Below are positions 36,450-41,063 of a DNA stretch of 41,063 bases, piece after piece. Origin of the DNA: a virus (taxonomy: Duplodnaviria; Caudoviricetes); the IMG/VR virus record IMGVR_UViG_3300021142_000073, positions 1-41,063 of that record, one strand, 5' to 3'. Position 1 is the stretch's first letter; every line of letters starts with the position of its first letter. Made by a program: the position numbers and the translations under genes. The notes under the pieces were generated by a model. That model ran no database searches. It had not been told where the DNA came from and saw only the letters and a program-made list of their open reading frames with translations.

Positions 36450-37466
36450 ATGAATACAAATGAATCAGCCGACCTTGGAACGGCACAAAACAACCCCACG
36501 CAAACACAGAAGGATACTGTACCTTTTGAAGCAAAAAACTTTGTTGATTTAGTCAGCAAGGTTCTCACAGACAGTAGTGAGAGAAGTGAGTCCCCCGACT
36601 CAGAAGAAAAAGATGGGGATGCTGTTCAAGCGACAGCAGAAAAAGAAAGTCCAGTTGATGAAACTGAACCAGAAACAGAAATCGGTAAGGAAGAAGAATC
36701 AGACTCCGAGGAAACCGAAGAAACCAAGTCTGATGACGAAGAAACCGACCGAGGACTACCAAAGGGTGTAAAGAAACGCATTGACAAACTCTCTGCAAAA
36801 CGGAGAGAAGCGGAGGCAGAAGTTGAACGGCTTAAAGGTGAAATGGAGCGACTTACGCAAGAGGCTAACAAGCCAGCGAGGACTCCTATTGCTAATAATC
36901 CTTACAGCAATCTGAATAGTGCTGACGAAGTTAATCGTGAGATTGAACAAGCCAAGCAAATCCGCAGATGGTGTGAATTAAACCCTGATGGTGCGGTAGT
37001 TAGAGATAGTAAGGGAAATGAAACAGAATATTCTGCTGAGGATGTACGAAGCATCAAGATTAAAGCACTTGACGCATTAGAGGAACACCTTCCAAAGCGA
37101 CTTAATTATTTACAAAACTTTAACCAGTTTGAAAATATTGTAGGAAAAGAATATCCTTGGTGGAAAGATAAGACTTCTACTGAAAGAAGAATCGCAGATG
37201 CTTTCCTTCAACAGTTCCCAGAAATTACTAAATTTCCTGACTACAAAATGGTATTAGGTGACTACATTCGTGGCGTAAAATCCAGAGAAATGGCAAGCAA
37301 GAAACAACCTGCCTCTTCTAAAGAAGTACCACCACAACCTAAAAGAACTACTACGCCAGCCTATGTTCCACCCAAGGAAGCAAAGGCTCAAGCCTCTAGA
37401 AACAAGTTCGCCGCAACTGGAGATGTAACTCACTTGTCTGATATTATCGCTAACCGATTCTTGTAA
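36450..37466 (+). CDS. capsid scaffolding protein
   Basis: Acidic N-terminus, GVKKRIDKL..KRREAE coiled coil, located before the capsid gene. Confidence 0.85.
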   Translation: MNTNESADLGTAQNNPTQTQKDTVPFEAKNFVDLVSKVLTDSSERSESPDSEEKDGDAVQATAEKESPVDETEPETEIGKEEESDSEETEETKSDDEETDRGLPKGVKKRIDKLSAKRREAEAEVERLKGEMERLTQEANKPARTPIANNPYSNLNSADEVNREIEQAKQIRRWCELNPDGAVVRDSKGNETEYSAEDVRSIKIKALDALEEHLPKRLNYLQNFNQFENIVGKEYPWWKDKTSTERRIADAFLQQFPEITKFPDYKMVLGDYIRGVKSREMASKKQPASSKEVPPQPKRTTTPAYVPPKEAKAQASRNKFAATGDVTHLSDIIANRFL

Positions 37467-37478
37467 TCTCCTACTAAC

Positions 37479-38516
37479 ATGGCAAATTTAACAGAACCCT
37501 CTTTTACGAGCGGTAAGCGAGAAGAACTCGCTGACCTTATCGCTCTCGTTGATGCTAAGGACACCCCAATTACCTCTATGGCTAAGAAGGGTAGCAAACC
37601 CGGCAATACTCTTTTCAGATGGCAAGCCGACTCCCTGCCCGCCGCTCGTACTACTGGTACGATTGATGGTGCTGACGTTACAACGTATGAAAACTACGTT
37701 AAGGACGGCTCTAACACCTATCGTGCTGAACTGTCGAACTACATTCAAGTTTTCCGTAGAGCAGTTCGTGTTTCGCCCCTCACTCAAGACATCGCTGTTG
37801 TGGCTGGTGTGCGTGATGAGTTGGCTAACAACGTTGCTAAAGGTATCCAAGTCCTAAAGCGTGACATGGAAGCCACAGTATCGTCTTACAATGGTGCTGT
37901 GCTTGATAATGGCTCGGTAGCATACCAGACACGTGGCTTGTTCAAGTGGACGCTCGCCTCTGGTGACTCCAACCAAGACGCAGTTCTTCCTATCAATGCC
38001 AAGTTCCAAACTCCTGCATCGAATCGTTCGACTGTTGGTACGGCTAACTTGACTGAAACGGAAGTTCAGAATGTCCTTACTGGTATTTATACCCAAACTG
38101 GTCAATTCCGTGATTTCGACCTCGTTTGCGGTTCTGCCTTAAAGAGAGCGTTTACGAACCTCGTGTTCACTACGCCTTCGTCTGGTAGCACAAATACCCA
38201 AACTGCTATTCGTACGCTAAATCGTGAATCTGACCTTAGCCAATACATCTCGTCCGTGGACGTGTTTGAAGGCGATTTCGGTAAGATTCGCTTGCACCCC
38301 TCGCACTTCCTTAACGTTGATAGCAATGGCGTTGGCGATACCCATAAGGGTCTTGTCATTCCCTTTGACCTTCTCGAAATCCGTTATGGTGGTGACGTTG
38401 CTGGCGTAACTGCTCTGCCTAACTATGGCGGTGGTGAAGCAAGAATGATTCAGGCTGTGGCTGGGTTGTGCGTTTACAATCCTCTCGCTTACGGCGTGTT
38501 CGATTACGCTTCGTAA
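37479..38516 (+). CDS. major capsid protein (DUF5309/SU10-like)
   Basis: RE.L.D.I...D..DTP, W..D.L, NY.Q.FR, KRD.E and DFG motifs; higher GC than the tail genes. Confidence 0.9.
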   Translation: MANLTEPSFTSGKREELADLIALVDAKDTPITSMAKKGSKPGNTLFRWQADSLPAARTTGTIDGADVTTYENYVKDGSNTYRAELSNYIQVFRRAVRVSPLTQDIAVVAGVRDELANNVAKGIQVLKRDMEATVSSYNGAVLDNGSVAYQTRGLFKWTLASGDSNQDAVLPINAKFQTPASNRSTVGTANLTETEVQNVLTGIYTQTGQFRDFDLVCGSALKRAFTNLVFTTPSSGSTNTQTAIRTLNRESDLSQYISSVDVFEGDFGKIRLHPSHFLNVDSNGVGDTHKGLVIPFDLLEIRYGGDVAGVTALPNYGGGEARMIQAVAGLCVYNPLAYGVFDYAS

Positions 38517-38522
38517 TTCATA

Positions 38523-38885
38523 GTGTCAGACCTATTTCAAAGTCTGGCTGATGCAATCCCCTCCGACATTCGCAAGAGTGTCGAGAGGGAACTCATCAAT
38601 GGTTTTAATAAAGAGCGTATTGCCGCCACTATTAAGGCAAAGCAGAACGCTATTTTTGAAAAAAATAATCCGCACACGTCATCCAAATTTGGGAGAAAGA
38701 TTGCGTCAATTCCTCCTGAAGCGTATTATTACTGGAGTACTAGATTAGGTCCAGATTGTTGGAAAGATGACCAGTTCCTTAAAGAGTTCATGCGTGACAA
38801 CCCAGAAGTGGTTGCAAACAACTACCAAAAACGGACTCGTATTAATGGTTCTGTATTTGATGCTAATGGTAGAATCGTACAATGA
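38523..38885 (+). CDS. conserved post-capsid hypothetical protein
   Basis: A.IP...Y..W....G..CW.D..F...F.RDNPE; GTG start. Confidence 0.65.
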   Translation: MSDLFQSLADAIPSDIRKSVERELINGFNKERIAATIKAKQNAIFEKNNPHTSSKFGRKIASIPPEAYYYWSTRLGPDCWKDDQFLKEFMRDNPEVVANNYQKRTRINGSVFDANGRIVQ

Positions 38886-39649
38886 GAACACAAGATTTCA
38901 GTCAAATCATCCTAGATGCCATTCAATATTCTGGCAACGATAGGAACAATATTACGCCTGAAACCTTTGCTCAATTCAGAGATTTTGCTCATGCACGTCT
39001 GCGTGAAGCATGGGAAACTGTGCTGTGGACTGACATTTGCAGAATCGCCCCCTTTACTGCTACTTTAGATTCTAATTCGGTTAATACGTTTACTCCAGAC
39101 CCTAATGCGGCTGAGATTGTTGGCGTATGGAATAATAACCCACAGAATACTACAAGAGCCAAAAACCTAGATTACCAGTTATACGACAATGGTACTGGTA
39201 TTGGAGTTATTCTTTCTAACATTGTTACAACAGGGTACTATATGTATCGCCTTAAATGTCCAAACTTGGTAGGTGATGCTTATGACCCAACGCTAGTATA
39301 TTTTCAGGACGCTCAATGCTATTTTGATAGCGGTTCTGGTACTGGTGCTTTAATGCCTGTGGCTGGTAAGCCATATAAGGCTAACTTATACAACTGCGTG
39401 GTAAATAGCACCACAGTAGGTCAAAATCCTAACAATAGCCCATCTAATTGGCAGATTGTTCAGATTCCCTACGTATTCGCACCTTTCATGTCTTGGGGTG
39501 CGGCAGCGGCTTGGTGTGCGTCAGAAGGTTTACTAGAAAACGCACAACTGTTTGAAGCCAAAGCAAAAGAACTGCTTGAGCAAGAGTACGACAAGTTACT
39601 CCGTCAGCAAGGTCAGTTCGGCAAGATTTTCATGGATTTTACATACTAA
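38882..39649 (+). CDS. head-tail adaptor (tail tubular protein A-like)
   Basis: Synteny; helical N- and C-termini with a beta middle and a short Trp-containing carbohydrate-binding-like insert. Confidence 0.55.
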   Translation: MRTQDFSQIILDAIQYSGNDRNNITPETFAQFRDFAHARLREAWETVLWTDICRIAPFTATLDSNSVNTFTPDPNAAEIVGVWNNNPQNTTRAKNLDYQLYDNGTGIGVILSNIVTTGYYMYRLKCPNLVGDAYDPTLVYFQDAQCYFDSGSGTGALMPVAGKPYKANLYNCVVNSTTVGQNPNNSPSNWQIVQIPYVFAPFMSWGAAAAWCASEGLLENAQLFEAKAKELLEQEYDKLLRQQGQFGKIFMDFTY

Positions 39650-39650
39650 A

Positions 39651-39965
39651 ATGTCTAGAGTACACATCTCATCTCCGTTTATTCGCTCGTTTTCGCAGAG
39701 CGATACCACAGTTGGCACGTCTTTTGTTGAGGTGCTTACTGCTATGCCTCCAGAGGGTAAGTGCATTACCACTATCATCCAAAACAAATCTTCGACTGCT
39801 ACGATTGAAGTTATCTTTGGTGACACAGGTACTGTAAATAACCCTACCAATGGTGTTATTCTTCAACCACTTACAATCTTTTCTTTAGATAATTACAATG
39901 GTCCTGTTCGTGTTCAAGCATCTGCAACTGGAACTGTTGTCCATGCCGCTAGAGGGACTGTTTAA
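39651..39965 (+). CDS. small beta-rich virion protein
   Basis: Start at 39651; IIQN.S....I...FG......G..L.P pattern. Confidence 0.6.
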   Translation: MSRVHISSPFIRSFSQSDTTVGTSFVEVLTAMPPEGKCITTIIQNKSSTATIEVIFGDTGTVNNPTNGVILQPLTIFSLDNYNGPVRVQASATGTVVHAARGTV

Positions 39966-40005
39966 TGAAACACTTTAGAGTATTCCTAAACACCCCTTAT
40001 AACAC

Positions 40006-41052
40006 ATGGCTTTCAAAGTCGGTCCGAATTTACCTTCAACAGTAATCCAAGCAGGAAACCAGATTTCGGTTAATGCTCTTTCTGCATTAGCCGCTGGTGA
40101 TACTCCTAGTTCTACTAATCCATTTGTAACTGTATCGTACTTCAATTCGCATGGTGGCGGTGGAGGAGGTGGCGGTGCAAGTTGGGGTTCTATTTCTGGT
40201 ACAATCACAAACCAAACGGATTTAATTAATAAATTCAATACATACCTGCTGTCCAGTACAGCCGCTGGTCTATATTATAGTAAATCAGATTCAGATAATA
40301 GATATTTACAACTAACAGGTGGAAGTGTGTATGGTCAAATTGTTGTTAATGACGAAGGTTCTAATTATCTTTATTTACAACCAACTGGAATTCAGTTCCC
40401 AGATAGTACAATTCAAACAACAGCCGCTACTGTATTTAATGGAGGTACTATTAACAATACAATTTATGTTACGGATGGAACTAATACTTTTACTATTGGT
40501 GCAGGAGGTATTCAGTTTGCTAATGGAACATCTCAAGCAACTGCGGCTTATGTATTGGGTTCTGGTAATTTAGACCTAGATGGTTATTCTATTACTGATG
40601 GCAATTTTGATGCACCTGCTGGACAAGTTACGGCTCAAAACGTAAGTATGACAGATGGAGGTGTATTAACGTTTGGAGATGGCTCAGTTCAGACCACGGC
40701 GGCTACTGGCGGTTCTTCTGGATTAGATGCTTTTGGTGCATTTTACGCAGGTATTTGTTCCACCCTTTATGGTTTGCTTCAAACTTGGAACTATTATTAT
40801 AGTCCAATGCAGTTTGTTCTTCAGAGTAGCGGAAGCGGACAACCATTTTCTGGACCAAGTTTTGCTTTAACAAGTGGAAATATTGGAATTACATCTGATG
40901 GTGTAAATTTTTATCCTATTGACCAATATCAAAGTTATGGAAGCAACAATTACATTGCTTCTTCTACTTATTCTGGAAGTCCTTATGGAGTTTATCTTGC
41001 ATTTAAAGATGGCTCTGGAACTTGGCATCAATGTCCAATTAATTTTGCTTAA
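40006..41052 (+). CDS. tail fibre protein
   Basis: WG.I.GT...QTDL motif, poly-Gly linker, three F.D/N.T/S.Q.TAA repeats and an aromatic-rich C-terminal tip. Confidence 0.75.
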   Translation: MAFKVGPNLPSTVIQAGNQISVNALSALAAGDTPSSTNPFVTVSYFNSHGGGGGGGGASWGSISGTITNQTDLINKFNTYLLSSTAAGLYYSKSDSDNRYLQLTGGSVYGQIVVNDEGSNYLYLQPTGIQFPDSTIQTTAATVFNGGTINNTIYVTDGTNTFTIGAGGIQFANGTSQATAAYVLGSGNLDLDGYSITDGNFDAPAGQVTAQNVSMTDGGVLTFGDGSVQTTAATGGSSGLDAFGAFYAGICSTLYGLLQTWNYYYSPMQFVLQSSGSGQPFSGPSFALTSGNIGITSDGVNFYPIDQYQSYGSNNYIASSTYSGSPYGVYLAFKDGSGTWHQCPINFA

Positions 41053-41063
41053 TATAATTTATG

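Noticed and set aside
40006-41052. Diversity-generating retroelement acting on the tail fibre
   Set aside because: No reverse transcriptase and no template repeat; the only duplicate is the exact assembly overlap.

Overview
The window is a complete, circularly assembled genome of a short-tailed (podovirus-type) dsDNA phage of about 40,936 bp; bases 1-127 repeat 40937-41063. The late/virion module on + runs from about 30673 across the join to 17050. It holds small basic proteins, TerL, portal, scaffold, a DUF5309-like major capsid, tail adaptor, fibres and nozzle, three ejection proteins (one a 3088-aa polyvalent protein with zincin and ADP-ribosyltransferase-like modules), a holin and a spanin-like lipoprotein. 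The replication/recombination module on - (23689 to 17007) holds endonuclease VII, a RecE-like exonuclease, an initiator with internal iterons, a DnaC-like loader, an SLT-like muramidase, an RHH regulator, an ERF annealing protein and a metallophosphoesterase. I found no integrase, CI-type repressor or DNA polymerase. Three tRNAs (Thr-TGT, CAT, Arg-TCT) are present. The most unusual part is the divergent putative early region (24.5-30.2 kb). Both of its promoters are followed by a hairpin plus a boxA-like element, as in rRNA operon leaders. In the leftward transcript the first gene is enclosed by a perfect 17-bp long-range stem and followed by a non-canonical tRNA-like RNA. The rightward transcript carries a structured leader and a type I hammerhead ribozyme ahead of a DUF932 gene. 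Between the promoters is a repeat-rich non-coding block with DnaA-box-like, sigma54-like and CATG-rich motifs. All calls were made by eye from motifs and synteny, without database searches.
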